Assembly (NCBI GenBank): GCA_963663765.2
Contig: CAXXUA010000003.1
Span: 64,001 to 128,000, forward strand
Origin: Candidatus Poribacteria bacterium
GTDB taxonomy: Bacteria > Poribacteria > WGA-4E > WGA-3G
Direction: 5' to 3'
DNA length: 64,000 nucleotides
Positions within the stretch are counted from its first letter, which is position 1, and every line of letters starts with the position of its first letter. The notes under the pieces are model-generated. The model was not told where the DNA came from. It did no database searches and saw nothing but the letters and a program-made list of their open reading frames with translations. This document shows positions 1 to 10,434 of this stretch, in pieces. The position numbers were made by a program, and so were the translations under genes.

Positions 1-1
1 A

Positions 2-886
2 TTCATTGTAATGAACGCGACTTGGAGCGGTCCGAAGGGCGCACAAGCACTTTACAACCGCCTCTGGGGTGCCGGGTTCCTCCCATCCGAACATCAAGGT
101 GTGTTACTCCGAAGCCAAGGCGATCCTGTGCTATTTCTCTCAAATCCTAAAGGCATGAGTGAAAAAGCACGCAAACGCATGCTTGATTCACTTGTCAAAC
201 TGAATGAAGAACTCTACGAGGAGGTCGGCGATCCAGAAACGCACGCACGTATTTCTCAATATGAGATGGCGTTCCGTATGCAGACCTCAGTCCCTGAACT
301 CACTGATCTTAAACAGGAATCTGATAAAGTTAAAGAGATGTATGGTCCTGAAGTAAGCACCCCCGGGACGTTTGCGAACTGCTGTATCCTTGCACGTCGG
401 ATGATGGAGCGGGATGTCCGTTTAGTTCAAATCTTCCATCGTGGTTGGGACCAGCACGGTGACCTACCCAAGAACATTCGGAATCAGGCGCGCGATATTG
501 ACCAACCTGCAACAGCACTCGTCCAAGACCTGAAACAACGCGGCATGCTTGATGAAACACTTGTTGTTTGGGGTGGTGAATTCGGTCGGACTGTTTACTG
601 CCAAGGTGCGCTTAAGAAGGATAATTATGGACGCGATCATCACCCGAAATGCTTTACGCTTTGGATGGCAGGCGGGGGTATAAAAGGTGGCATCGTTCAC
701 GGAGAAACAGATGATTTCAGTTACAACATCGTCAAAGACCCTGTTTCTGTGCGCGACCTAAACGCTACGATTCTCAATCAACTCGGAATTGATCATGAAA
801 GGTTGACCTTTAAGTTCCAAGGACTTGACCATAGGTTGACTGGTGTTGAGGAGAAAGCGCATGTTGTCAATGAGATTTTGGCGTAA
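2..886 (+). CDS. DUF1501 family protein (5' end outside window)
   Basis: Frame is open from the window start (FIVMNAT...). Motifs [17 protein letters not shown] and GRDHHP. Close paralog of 3375..4853. Confidence 0.9.
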   Translation, partial: FIVMNATWSGPKGAQALYNRLWGAGFLPSEHQGVLLRSQGDPVLFLSNPKGMSEKARKRMLDSLVKLNEELYEEVGDPETHARISQYEMAFRMQTSVPELTDLKQESDKVKEMYGPEVSTPGTFANCCILARRMMERDVRLVQIFHRGWDQHGDLPKNIRNQARDIDQPATALVQDLKQRGMLDETLVVWGGEFGRTVYCQGALKKDNYGRDHHPKCFTLWMAGGGIKGGIVHGETDDFSYNIVKDPVSVRDLNATILNQLGIDHERLTFKFQGLDHRLTGVEEKAHVVNEILA

Positions 887-936
887 CCTTAAAATTTGCT
901 GATAGTCGCGCGTTTTGTCCGCGCGTCTTTAGGTAA

Positions 937-1161
937 TACCATTTCTAATAAATAATGTCTCTTTTTTGAGCATCAAACTTTTGGTTTGGGTTTCCGTATA
1001 AGACTAGAGCATATCTCATAAATCATTCTTATAGAAATAACGGGCGGGGAGACCCCGCCCCTACGATGATAACGATAGGTGACAATCTAACCATTTGATT
1101 ATGAGATTCGTTCTACATTTCACAAAAACCTGCAATGCAATATGTTTTTTTAGAAATGGTA
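937..1161. mobile_element. MITE-like element with TACC ends, containing a nested inverted-repeat element (1005..1115) and a GTAG REP
   Basis: TACCATTTCTAA...TTAGAAATGGTA inverted ends. Inner TAGAGCATATCTCATA...TATGAGATTCGTTCTA. REP-like GTAGGGGCGGGGTCTCCCCGCCC on the minus strand at about 1042-1064. Confidence 0.65.
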
Positions 1162-1235
1162 TTACAACATCTTTTGAAGATTAATGTATAATTATGGTGC
1201 GGTTAATTGACCTGACTTCCCATTGAGGTGATATT

Positions 1236-3323
1236 ATGAAAAATTACTGTTTTATGTTCATCATATTCATAGTTTCGGTTACCTATGCATATAGTGACGC
1301 TGTGACAATACCGGATGCCAACTTAACCGCCGCTGTGCGTAAAGCACTTGATTTAGGTCCAACGGATCCTATTCTGCAAAGTGAATTGGAAGAATTGGAG
1401 ATGCTGCATGCCTATAAAAAAGAGATAAAAGACCTAACAGGACTGGAAAAAGCAACAGGATTAACGATCATAAATTTGCGCGAAAATCAAATCAGTGATC
1501 TCTCGCCACTCACTAAGTTGACAAAATTGACAGTACTAAACCTCATGGAAAATCAAATCAGTGATATCATGCCACTCACTAAGTTGATACAGTTAAAGAA
1601 ATTATACCTATCGGATAACCAAATCAGTGACATCACGCTGTTCACTAAGTTGACACAGTTGACAGAACTACATCTCATGGATAATCAAATCAGTGATATC
1701 ACACCGATTGCTAAGTTGACACAGTTGACAGAACTACATCTCGCGAATAATCAAATCAATGATATCACACCGATTGCTAAGTTAACGCAACTGAAAGAGT
1801 TATGGCTCAATAACAATCAAATCAGTGACATTACACCGATTGCTAAGTTGACAAAGTTGACATTATTATCTCTTGATCGTAATCAAATCAGTAATATCAC
1901 ACCGATTTCTGGTTTAACAGAGCTCACAACACTGTGGCTACACAGAAATCAGATCAGCGACATTACTCCCGTTGAAAATTTAACAGGTTTAACGCGCTTA
2001 ACTGTCAAAGGAAATCCAATTCAGGATATAGAACCACTTCAGAGGTTACTGACACGACTCCCGAATTTGAGATCAGATATTCAGGTAGGTGCCCCGGACC
2101 CTACAATTCCTGATCGCAACTTAGCCAACGTTGTCCGTGAGGCACTCCGTCTGGGACGCAACGACATTATTCCACCAGAGAAGTTGGAAAAATTAGAGCA
2201 GTTGCATGCCTATAACAAAGGCATAAAAGACCTAACAGGACTGGAAAAAGCAACCAGTTTAATGACTTTACAACTTCGCAAGAATCAAATTAGTGATCTC
2301 ACACCGCTTAGTGAATTAACGAAATTAACAGGATTGTACCTCAAGGAAAATCAAATCAGTGATCTCACACCGCTCAGTGGATTAACAAAGTTAACAGAAC
2401 TATCCCTCGGTGAAAACCAGATCAGCGACATAAAACCAATTGCCAACTTGAAACAGATAACAAAGTTATGGCTCTGGGGAAATCAGATTAGTGATATAAT
2501 ACCAATCAGTGGGTTGACGCAATTGTCTGAGTTGTGGCTGAGTGAAAATCAGATCAACGACATAAAATCGATCAAAAATTTGACGCAGTTGACAACGTTA
2601 CGCCTTCATGAAAATCAGATCAATGACATCACACCTCTAACAGAATTGGTTTCGTTAGTAGAGTTAAATATCGGAGGTAATTTAATTGACGATATAAAAC
2701 CGCTTGCTGAATTAAATCTACTGACAAAGTTATGGGTTTGGCGGAATCAAATCAGTGACATTACCCCACTCAAGGATCTAACGCAATTAACCCACTTATA
2801 TCTTAGGGATAATCAGATTAGTGACATCACACAACTCACTAAATTGAAGCGATTAGTGGCGTTAAATCTACAAAGGAATCAGATTAGTGACATCGCACCA
2901 CTCGCGGGGTTAACGGAGATGACAGATTTAGCACTCGGTGGGAATGAAATTAGTGACATCACACCACTCGCTGGCATGAAACAATTGGCTTGGATATGGA
3001 TTTGGGGAAACCGTATTACTGACATTACACCACTTGCTAAGTTAACACAATTGACAATATTGCATCTTAACAGAAACCAAATCAGCGACATAAAACCGCT
3101 TGCTGGATTAACAAAATTAAAAGAATTAGTGCTCTCTGCTAATCAAATCAGTGATTTTAGCTATACTAAAAACCTTACAAATCTAAACCGGTTAACTGTA
3201 GGACAAAATCCAATTCAGGATATGGAACCACTCAAAAAACTCTTGAAACAGATTCCAGACTTAAAATTGGATATCCCAGCACCAGTGGAACTGAATATTC
3301 AACCACCACCTGCAAACAGGTAA
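1236..3323 (+). CDS. Secreted internalin-like leucine-rich repeat protein with two tandem LRR modules
   Basis: Signal peptide, 22-aa LxxLxLxxNQISDITPL repeats, two IPDxNL caps, GAGGTG RBS. Confidence 0.92.
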   Translation: MKNYCFMFIIFIVSVTYAYSDAVTIPDANLTAAVRKALDLGPTDPILQSELEELEMLHAYKKEIKDLTGLEKATGLTIINLRENQISDLSPLTKLTKLTVLNLMENQISDIMPLTKLIQLKKLYLSDNQISDITLFTKLTQLTELHLMDNQISDITPIAKLTQLTELHLANNQINDITPIAKLTQLKELWLNNNQISDITPIAKLTKLTLLSLDRNQISNITPISGLTELTTLWLHRNQISDITPVENLTGLTRLTVKGNPIQDIEPLQRLLTRLPNLRSDIQVGAPDPTIPDRNLANVVREALRLGRNDIIPPEKLEKLEQLHAYNKGIKDLTGLEKATSLMTLQLRKNQISDLTPLSELTKLTGLYLKENQISDLTPLSGLTKLTELSLGENQISDIKPIANLKQITKLWLWGNQISDIIPISGLTQLSELWLSENQINDIKSIKNLTQLTTLRLHENQINDITPLTELVSLVELNIGGNLIDDIKPLAELNLLTKLWVWRNQISDITPLKDLTQLTHLYLRDNQISDITQLTKLKRLVALNLQRNQISDIAPLAGLTEMTDLALGGNEISDITPLAGMKQLAWIWIWGNRITDITPLAKLTQLTILHLNRNQISDIKPLAGLTKLKELVLSANQISDFSYTKNLTNLNRLTVGQNPIQDMEPLKKLLKQIPDLKLDIPAPVELNIQPPPANR

Positions 3324-3374
3324 AGCGTAGCAATGCCCCAAATAGGCAGCAGACATTGCAAAAGGAGATAAACA

Positions 3375-4853
3375 ATGGACCCGATTAAGGAATATTTGAA
3401 ACTTGAAACACGTCGTCAGTTCTTCGGCAAATGTGCGATGGGACTCGGTGGTGCAGCCCTTACCTCACTGCTGCCAAATAGCATAGCAAATGCTCTTGAA
3501 CAGCAAGCAGGCACAAAGTTTGGCGGTTTACCAGAACTACCACACTTTGCACCGAAAGCAAAACGTGCAATCTATCTATTTATGTCCGGTGCGCCCTCAC
3601 AGATGGACATGTTTGACTATAAACCGCAGATGGGTGAATGGTTTGATAAAGACCTGCCAGAAACGGTACGGATGGGACAACGTCTTACAACGATGACCTC
3701 CGGACAAAAACGTTTTCCAATTGCCCCATCTATCTTTGAATTCAAACAGCATGATAATGGTAATGAGGGTGTATGGCTTAGCGAGTTGCTACCGCATACC
3801 GCAACTATGGTCAAAGACATCGCAATTGTAAAATCGTTACACACCGATGCGATTAACCACGATCCTGCTATTACCTTTGTTTGCACAGGTGATGAAACAC
3901 CCGGCAAACCGAGCCTCGGTGCATGGCTCAGTTATGGGTTAGGCACGGAAAACAAAAATTTGCCATCCTTTATTGTGATGAATGCGACTTGGACAGGTAG
4001 GAAGTCAGCCCAAGCATTATATAACAGACTTTGGGGTTCGGGATTCCTACCTTCCGAGCATCAAGGTGTGCTGCTTCGTAGTCAAGGCGATCCAGTGCTG
4101 TTTCTGTCAAATCCGAAAGGTATGAGTGAAAAGTCGCGCAAACGCATGCTTGACTCTCTGGTCAAACTGAACGAAGAACTATACGAGGAAGTGGGTGATC
4201 CTGAAACACATGCACGTATCACACAATATGAGATGGCATTCCGCATGCAGTCCTCTGTGCCGGAACTTACGGATTTGAATCAGGAACCGGATAAAGTCAA
4301 GGAGATGTACGGTCCCGATGTCAACAAACCTGGTACATTTGCACACTGTTGTATCCTTGCACGCCGGATGATGGAACGTGATGTCCGTCTCGTTCAAATT
4401 TTCCATCGCGGTTGGGACCAGCACGGCAACCTCCCGAATGACATTCGGAACCAATGCCGTGATATTGACCAACCGGCAACAGCACTCGTCCAAGACCTGA
4501 AACAGCGCGGCATGCTTGATGAAACACTTGTTGTTTGGGGTGGTGAATTTGGTCGGACTGTTTACTGTCAAGGTGCACTCAAAAAAGATAACTACGGACG
4601 TGATCATCACCCGAAGTGCTTCACGCTTTGGATGGCAGGTGGAGGTATAAAAGGTGGAATCGTTCACGGTGAAACAGATGACTTCAGTTACAACATCGTC
4701 AAAGACCCAGTTTCGGTGCGCGACCTAAACGCTACGATACTTAATCAACTCGGTATTGATCACGAAAGGTTGACCTACAAGTTTCAAGGACTTGACCATC
4801 GGTTGACTGGTGTTGAGGAAAAAGCGCGGGTTGTCAACGAAATATTGGCATAA
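3375..4853 (+). CDS. DUF1501 family protein with Tat-like signal
   Basis: TRRQFF twin-arginine motif; [23 protein letters not shown]; GEFGRT; AAGGAG RBS. Confidence 0.92.
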   Translation: MDPIKEYLKLETRRQFFGKCAMGLGGAALTSLLPNSIANALEQQAGTKFGGLPELPHFAPKAKRAIYLFMSGAPSQMDMFDYKPQMGEWFDKDLPETVRMGQRLTTMTSGQKRFPIAPSIFEFKQHDNGNEGVWLSELLPHTATMVKDIAIVKSLHTDAINHDPAITFVCTGDETPGKPSLGAWLSYGLGTENKNLPSFIVMNATWTGRKSAQALYNRLWGSGFLPSEHQGVLLRSQGDPVLFLSNPKGMSEKSRKRMLDSLVKLNEELYEEVGDPETHARITQYEMAFRMQSSVPELTDLNQEPDKVKEMYGPDVNKPGTFAHCCILARRMMERDVRLVQIFHRGWDQHGNLPNDIRNQCRDIDQPATALVQDLKQRGMLDETLVVWGGEFGRTVYCQGALKKDNYGRDHHPKCFTLWMAGGGIKGGIVHGETDDFSYNIVKDPVSVRDLNATILNQLGIDHERLTYKFQGLDHRLTGVEEKARVVNEILA

Positions 4854-5002
4854 CCTAAGCATTACGGGTTGGCGTGTTCTGTAAGTGTGACATCTAAAAA
4901 AAGTTGAACTGCTGTATTTCTATCTCTGTCTAAATACATAACTTTTGCTTCTACATTTTTTAGATGTATGGAGTTCACATGCAAGTCTACCATGGCACTG
5001 AA

Positions 5003-5190
5003 CAGGGTTATTCAGTTTTCAATATTTTTGATAATATTTTGCTATGTCGTTAATTTTGTGTGATACCATCTTGTCCATGTCTTTAGTCCCATAGGGACGA
5101 TATGTTTATAGAAAATGTTTTCTACCCCAATAAAGTTCCATAGGAACGACATAGAAGAATAAACATATCGTCTCTACGGCACTAAAGATG
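5003..5190 (+). mobile_element. Truncated CAGGGTTATT-type MITE (left part)
   Basis: Near-identical to the start of the complete element at 18169..18596. No right end seen. Confidence 0.6.
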
Positions 5191-5197
5191 ATGTACT

Positions 5198-5398
5198 CAG
5201 GACTTACGCAGTTTTCATGATTTGATCAAGAATTATGACGAAAATGGTGTAATTTTCAGCATTTTTTCGGTTTCCGGCGCCAAATCAACGGTATGAATGC
5301 CTTTTGGCATTCCCCGCCTACAAAGCGCCAAATCAAGAAATCAACGGTATGAATGCCATTTAGGCATTCCCCGCCTACCGTTGGGTGCGTAAGTCCTG
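5198..5398. mobile_element. CAGGACTTACGCA-type MITE carrying a REP and two micro-element insertions
   Basis: 13-bp inverted ends CAGGACTTACGCA/TGCGTAAGTCCTG. Inverted homolog at 59184..59422. Confidence 0.75.
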
Positions 5399-5478
5399 AT
5401 AATGTTATTATTTTTACCATTGATTTGAATTAGTATAGTCATAGATTTTCACGAATATGAAAATGAACAGGAGATGTA

Positions 5479-6336
5479 ATGAACACACAATCAACGCCAC
5501 AAGAACAGGGTTTTCGCTTGAGCACAGATGAACTTTCATTTTGGAACGAAAACGGGTATCTCGTCCGTTTAGCTGTATTTAACGTTGAAGAAAATGACGC
5601 ACTCCGTCAAGTTGCTGAAGATGTTGTTGACGGTAAACGTCCATTTCCGTCCGCACACATTGATCAGAACGCTCTTGTGAGAGATGGCAAGATTGAAGAA
5701 CAAGGCATTTATGCGATGCACAAAATCCATCATCCGAGTTGTTTTATCCCCGAATTCCTTGCCCGTGTGCGTGATCCGCGTTTAACTGACCCACTTGTTG
5801 ATTTGATGGGACCAGATATACTCGGAATCAACAATCTATTTATCTGGAAAGCACCTAAGATTGGTCTCGGTTTTCCTTGGCATCAAGACAAATTTTATTT
5901 TCGGAATAGATTTAATACGGAAACAACCATCGGGACGTGGACAGCGATTGACCCTGCGGATCGGGAAAACGGGTGTTTATATGTTATCCCCGGTAGCCAT
6001 AAACACGATATTTATATCCATGATGATCTTGAAGGTTCACAACAACGGGAATTTAAGTTGGCACGCGATGCACGCGATGAAGATGGCGTTGCAGTTGAAG
6101 TGCCACCCGGCTCAGTTGTCTGGTTTCACAGTCATCTCCTTCATAAGAGCACGGACAACCACAGTCTGCGGTTTCGACGTAGTTACGTTTCGCATTACCT
6201 GAGCGCACAAGCAGAATGGGCAAATCACAACGGTTCGTATAAAGGACAGCCGATAATGTGGATTCGCGGTAAAACCTATCCTGATAAGGTGCATGAAGTT
6301 CAACGCGAAGTGTTACCTGTTCCTGAAGAAGAATGA
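5479..6336 (+). CDS. Phytanoyl-CoA dioxygenase (PhyH) family protein
   Basis: PWHQD, NGCLYVIPGSH and LLHKS..N.S...R motifs (Fe(II)/2-oxoglutarate HxD...H triad). Confidence 0.9.
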   Translation: MNTQSTPQEQGFRLSTDELSFWNENGYLVRLAVFNVEENDALRQVAEDVVDGKRPFPSAHIDQNALVRDGKIEEQGIYAMHKIHHPSCFIPEFLARVRDPRLTDPLVDLMGPDILGINNLFIWKAPKIGLGFPWHQDKFYFRNRFNTETTIGTWTAIDPADRENGCLYVIPGSHKHDIYIHDDLEGSQQREFKLARDARDEDGVAVEVPPGSVVWFHSHLLHKSTDNHSLRFRRSYVSHYLSAQAEWANHNGSYKGQPIMWIRGKTYPDKVHEVQREVLPVPEEE

Positions 6337-6379
6337 TGTTCTATGAATTCTCACACAGATTGAATTATAATTGAGAAAG

Positions 6380-7537
6380 ATGAAAAAACTAAAAGCAGTT
6401 GTTGTTGGTGCAGGCTGGTCTGCGGAGGGTCACACAAAGGCGTTTCAGCATTACGGTGTTGAGGTGCTTGCTATCTGTGCGCGCAAACCAGAGATTGTGC
6501 AAAAAGTTGCACATAGATTAGGTGTGCCTGACGCTTCAATTGATTGGCGAAAGAGTCTGTTGGAACATAAACCAGATATCGTCGCGCTCACAACGCCTGC
6601 TATTTTGAGAACAGAAGTCATTGAGTTAGCAGTAGAACTCGGTTGTCATATCTTATGTGAGAAACCGTTGGCTCTAAACGCCGAAGCAGCAACTCATATT
6701 TACCACCTCATCAAAGACACAGACTTGAAACACGGCTTTGCTGCAACGCACCGATACGACCCCAGCGTTGCTTACATACGCCAACTACTGACACAGGAGA
6801 AGGTCATCGGAGATATAACTGCCGTTGATGTAGGATACACCCGCCGAATTCCTGGTCCCCCTTCAGATAAGGTTAAGCCGTGGAATTGGATGAGTTCTCT
6901 TTCACACGGTGGCGGCGTATTGAACAACGGACTTACACACCGACTCGGTATGTTGGAACGCATGACAGGTATGGAAGTTACCTCTGCAGTCGGTGAGGCG
7001 AAAATCTATCCGAGAAAAGCACCAGTCGTGCCAGAAATTCGAGACTGGCGGGTGTGGAGAAGCACAATGATCACTCGAGAAGAAGCATCAAAACTTGAGT
7101 GGCGAGAAACTGACGCTGAATGGGATTATTCTGCATTCTTCAAGTTAGGACATCCAAACGCTGATACTGACAATTCAATACTCGTGACGATGCACACTAA
7201 TCCTGGAGTGCCATCACACAGACCCACCGGCGGTTGGTTCTTCTATGGAACACACGGCACACTTGTCGGGAGAGGTGGACACATCCTGCATCCTATCACT
7301 AAGCATTCGGGAGAGAAAGTTGTTGAGTTGAATGTTCCCCAAAATCTGATAGATGATCTACCCCAAATCGGTGACGAAATCCAAAATAAGTGGACTGCTC
7401 TCGTCCGTGATGTCCTTGCAGATATAAACGGAGAACGGCATGAACCCTATTTGACGTTCTATGATGGGTGGCGATACCAAACCGCTATTGATGCTATACG
7501 GGCAAGCAAGGGCTGGGCGCAGATGTTACACACATAG
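6380..7537 (+). CDS. Gfo/Idh/MocA family oxidoreductase
   Basis: N-terminal VVGAG Rossmann motif, HILCEKPLA, GGVL...H. Confidence 0.88.
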   Translation: MKKLKAVVVGAGWSAEGHTKAFQHYGVEVLAICARKPEIVQKVAHRLGVPDASIDWRKSLLEHKPDIVALTTPAILRTEVIELAVELGCHILCEKPLALNAEAATHIYHLIKDTDLKHGFAATHRYDPSVAYIRQLLTQEKVIGDITAVDVGYTRRIPGPPSDKVKPWNWMSSLSHGGGVLNNGLTHRLGMLERMTGMEVTSAVGEAKIYPRKAPVVPEIRDWRVWRSTMITREEASKLEWRETDAEWDYSAFFKLGHPNADTDNSILVTMHTNPGVPSHRPTGGWFFYGTHGTLVGRGGHILHPITKHSGEKVVELNVPQNLIDDLPQIGDEIQNKWTALVRDVLADINGERHEPYLTFYDGWRYQTAIDAIRASKGWAQMLHT

Positions 7538-7704
7538 CCGTGGCAGGCTTCGTTATAATACTTATTGTCTCATCCTTTTCTCAGGCTTATTTAGTTTTCA
7601 ATATTTTTGATATTATTTTGCTATGTTACGACTTGTGCCAGTTAACCAAATGTTTTTATAGTTATCACATATATTAGGTTTATAATGCACACATATCGTC
7701 CCTA

Positions 7705-8845
7705 ATGAAGATTAATTTATTAATCGGGTTATATAGTAAAACTCGTAATTATTAGCACATGCTGCACGGAACGTAGGGGTTGGGTAACCCAACCCCATAG
7801 GCGTCAATTTAAGAAAAAAGTGTTAGCATTTCTCTTGTGGGAGGGGTTTTCAACCCCGATATGACAGAAGATCTACATAAAATCGGGGTTGAAAACCCCT
7901 CCCACAAGAGGTGAAAATCCTTAAGTTGAAAACCCCTCCCACAAGAGGTGAAAACCCTTAAGTTGACGCTTATGGGGTTGGGTAACCCAACCCCTACAAA
8001 CGTGTTATGTGAGATTCTATCGCGGAGTGTAAATATATTTTCGGATTCTACTATAATATCTTTCTCCAACGGTAGGCGTGCTTTGTAAGCGCGCTGGCAC
8101 ATCAAGTCCCCTCAGCGCGCTTACAAAGCACGCCTGCAGTTGGGGAGCGCGCTTACAAAGCACGCCTGCAGTTGGGGAGCGCGCTTACAAAGCACGCCTG
8201 CAGTTGGGGAGCGCGCTTACAAAACACGCCTGCAGTTGGGGAGCGCGCTTACAAAGCACGCCTGCAGTTGGGGAGCGCGCTTACAAAGCACGCCTGCAGT
8301 TGAGGAGCGCGCTTACAAAACACGCCTGCAGTTGGGGGGAGCGCTTACAAAGCACCAAATCAACGGTATGAATGCCATTTAGGCATTCCCCGCCTACCAT
8401 CGGGGGCGCGCTTACAAAGCACCATAGGCGTTAATTTAAGAAAATATTGTTGTCATTTTTCTTGTGGGAGGGGTTTTCAACCCCGATTTGAGAGGAAAAG
8501 CGCATAAATTCGGGGTTGAAAACCCCTCCCACAAGAGGTCAAAATCCTTAAATTGACGCTTATGGGGTTGGGTAACCCAACCCCTACAAACGTGTTATGT
8601 GAGATTCTATCGTGGAGTGTAAATATATTTTCGGATTCTACTATAATATCTTTCTCCAACGGTAGGCGTGCTTTGTAAGCGCGCTGGCACATCAAGTCCC
8701 CTCAGCGCGCTTACAAAGCACGCCTGCAGTTGGGGAGCGCGCTTACAAAACACGCCTACTATGGGGGAGCGCTTACAAAGCACCAAATCAACAGTATGAA
8801 TGCCATTTAGGCATTCACCGCCTACCGTTGTGTGCGTAAGTCCTG
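7705..8845. repeat. Composite nested repeat region: TATAG-ended MITE, two CATAGG-ended MITEs, a 32-bp tandem REP array and micro-elements
   Basis: Unit AGCGCGCTTACAAAGCACGCCTGCAGTTGGGG about 8 times at 8114-8355. Segment about 7800-8170 recurs at about 8425-8760. TGCGTAAGTCCTG end at 8833-8845. Confidence 0.85.
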
Positions 8846-8864
8846 CTTGGTTTCATTCAACTGA

Positions 8865-10020
8865 TACCAAATTAACGCGTGTCGTATTGTTTTTCCATTT
8901 TGCAAATCCACTGAAAACCGACGTGTGCCTGCACTTTCTTTTTGTTTTCGGAAAACCATTGACACCTTTTTACCAATACTTCTTCAAGTGCTGATAGTGT
9001 TGTCCAAACTTTATTCACAACCACCTCCCGCAACAGAGGCCATAGGCGTTCAGCAGGTTGAAGTTCCGGTGTATACGGCGGTAAAAAAAATAACTCAATC
9101 CCTTGTGGGACTTCTAAACCTTTACCCGTATGAAAACCCGCACGATCTAACAAGAGGATTATCTGTTTCTTGCCTTCCGGGTTCACATCACGAGCAAACT
9201 CTGCCAGCGCAAGGTTCATGATTTCAACACTCACACTCGGCATCAGAAGCCAATAGGTCTCACCTGTCTGCGGACGGACAAAACCGAAACTATAGAGCCA
9301 TTTATAGGCTGGACACACCGGGGCTACCGGTCTTTCACCTTGCTTCGCCCAGACACGCCGATGAACAGGTAATAAGCCTAAGCGCGTCTCGTCTTCTGCC
9401 CAAATCTCTACAGGTTTCTCCGGGTGCTGACTTTCAAGCGTAGCTACCCGATCCTTAAGTTTTTTTTTAAATGTTTGCTGTGCTTCGGGGGTTGCAGCAG
9501 CCTGATGTTGTGGACGAGGCGTTTGTAAAGTCCAACCGAGACGCTTGAGATATTTCCAACCTGACACATTACTGACAGGACGCTGAAGGGTCTCAGATAT
9601 CCACGCAGCTACCTTCGGACCTGTCCAAAGACCACCATCAGCAGGGGGCTCAGAAAGCACAGCTTCAAGTGCTGCTTGCTGTTTCTCATCCAAAAAACGC
9701 TTGCCTTTATTGTTTTTGCGTTTATCTTGTAGAGCTGTTTCCCCTTCTGCATTATAGCGTTTGAGCAACTTGCGAACCCAGTCCGGAGTGCATCCTACAA
9801 TCTCAGCAACTTCGCGGGGTGTGCGTGGATGTGTCGTATCAGCAAGAAGCCAAATAATATGCCAATGCGTCCGTTCCCGATGACATTTACATTCAAGATA
9901 CCTTTGTCTAAGAACTTCTACTGGAAAGTGAGGGAGAACCTCATGTTTTTTCTTTTTCATCTGTTCACAATAGCATATTTTCAAAAAAATATAAACAAGA
10001 ACTATTCCGTTAATACGGTA
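8865..10020 (-). mobile_element. IS630-family insertion sequence
   Basis: Imperfect inverted ends TACCAAATTAACG and CGTTAATACGGTA, bounded by TA dinucleotides, enclosing a DDE transposase. Confidence 0.88.
8872..9960 (-). CDS. IS630 family transposase
   Basis: HTH N-terminus; WAEDETR (D), LLDRAGFH (D) and LPPYTPELQPAERLW (E). Start moved to ATG 9960 because the longer ORF start lies outside the IS end. Confidence 0.93.
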   Translation of the reverse strand: MKKKKHEVLPHFPVEVLRQRYLECKCHRERTHWHIIWLLADTTHPRTPREVAEIVGCTPDWVRKLLKRYNAEGETALQDKRKNNKGKRFLDEKQQAALEAVLSEPPADGGLWTGPKVAAWISETLQRPVSNVSGWKYLKRLGWTLQTPRPQHQAAATPEAQQTFKKKLKDRVATLESQHPEKPVEIWAEDETRLGLLPVHRRVWAKQGERPVAPVCPAYKWLYSFGFVRPQTGETYWLLMPSVSVEIMNLALAEFARDVNPEGKKQIILLLDRAGFHTGKGLEVPQGIELFFLPPYTPELQPAERLWPLLREVVVNKVWTTLSALEEVLVKRCQWFSENKKKVQAHVGFQWICKMEKQYDTR

Positions 10021-10434
10021 TGAGATAATCCGCACCATCTTTATAATCCGACAGATCATGCAGAGTACTCGTCAATACCATACGCGTATTTAGCAGGTAT
10101 TTCAAGTATACTGCAACGGGAGTTCAACATTGATTTGTTGGTAAGCCAAAATCTGATATTCTGACATAAGTGGTGTCCTGATCTCTGATTACACGGATTT
10201 TGTGGAATAGTCTTCTTATTTGCGGACGTTCCCATCCAGTGAAAAACACCTTGAAATATCAAACAAAAAATCTGTGCACTCCGCGTAATCCGCGATTCAG
10301 ACAATTCCAGAAACTTTACCCACCCACACCAAAATCAATTGTTGACAGAATATGTGAATGAAAATATAATTGTCATTGGAAGTGCCGTAATTAGTCCAAC
10401 AAGCCACGACTTACTATATGTTCAAGGATTCCTT

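Noticed and set aside
8114-8355. CRISPR array, or the repetitive ORFs ALTKHACS/GARLQSTPA
   Set aside because: Plain 32-bp tandem repeat without unique spacers. The ORFs here and at 17.7-19.4 kb are translations of repeats in several frames.
9961-10059. Longer N-terminus of the IS630 transposase
   Set aside because: It extends past the terminal inverted repeat. Longer starts at 10339, 34295, 36259 and 29647 were also dropped for starts with an RBS or signal peptide.
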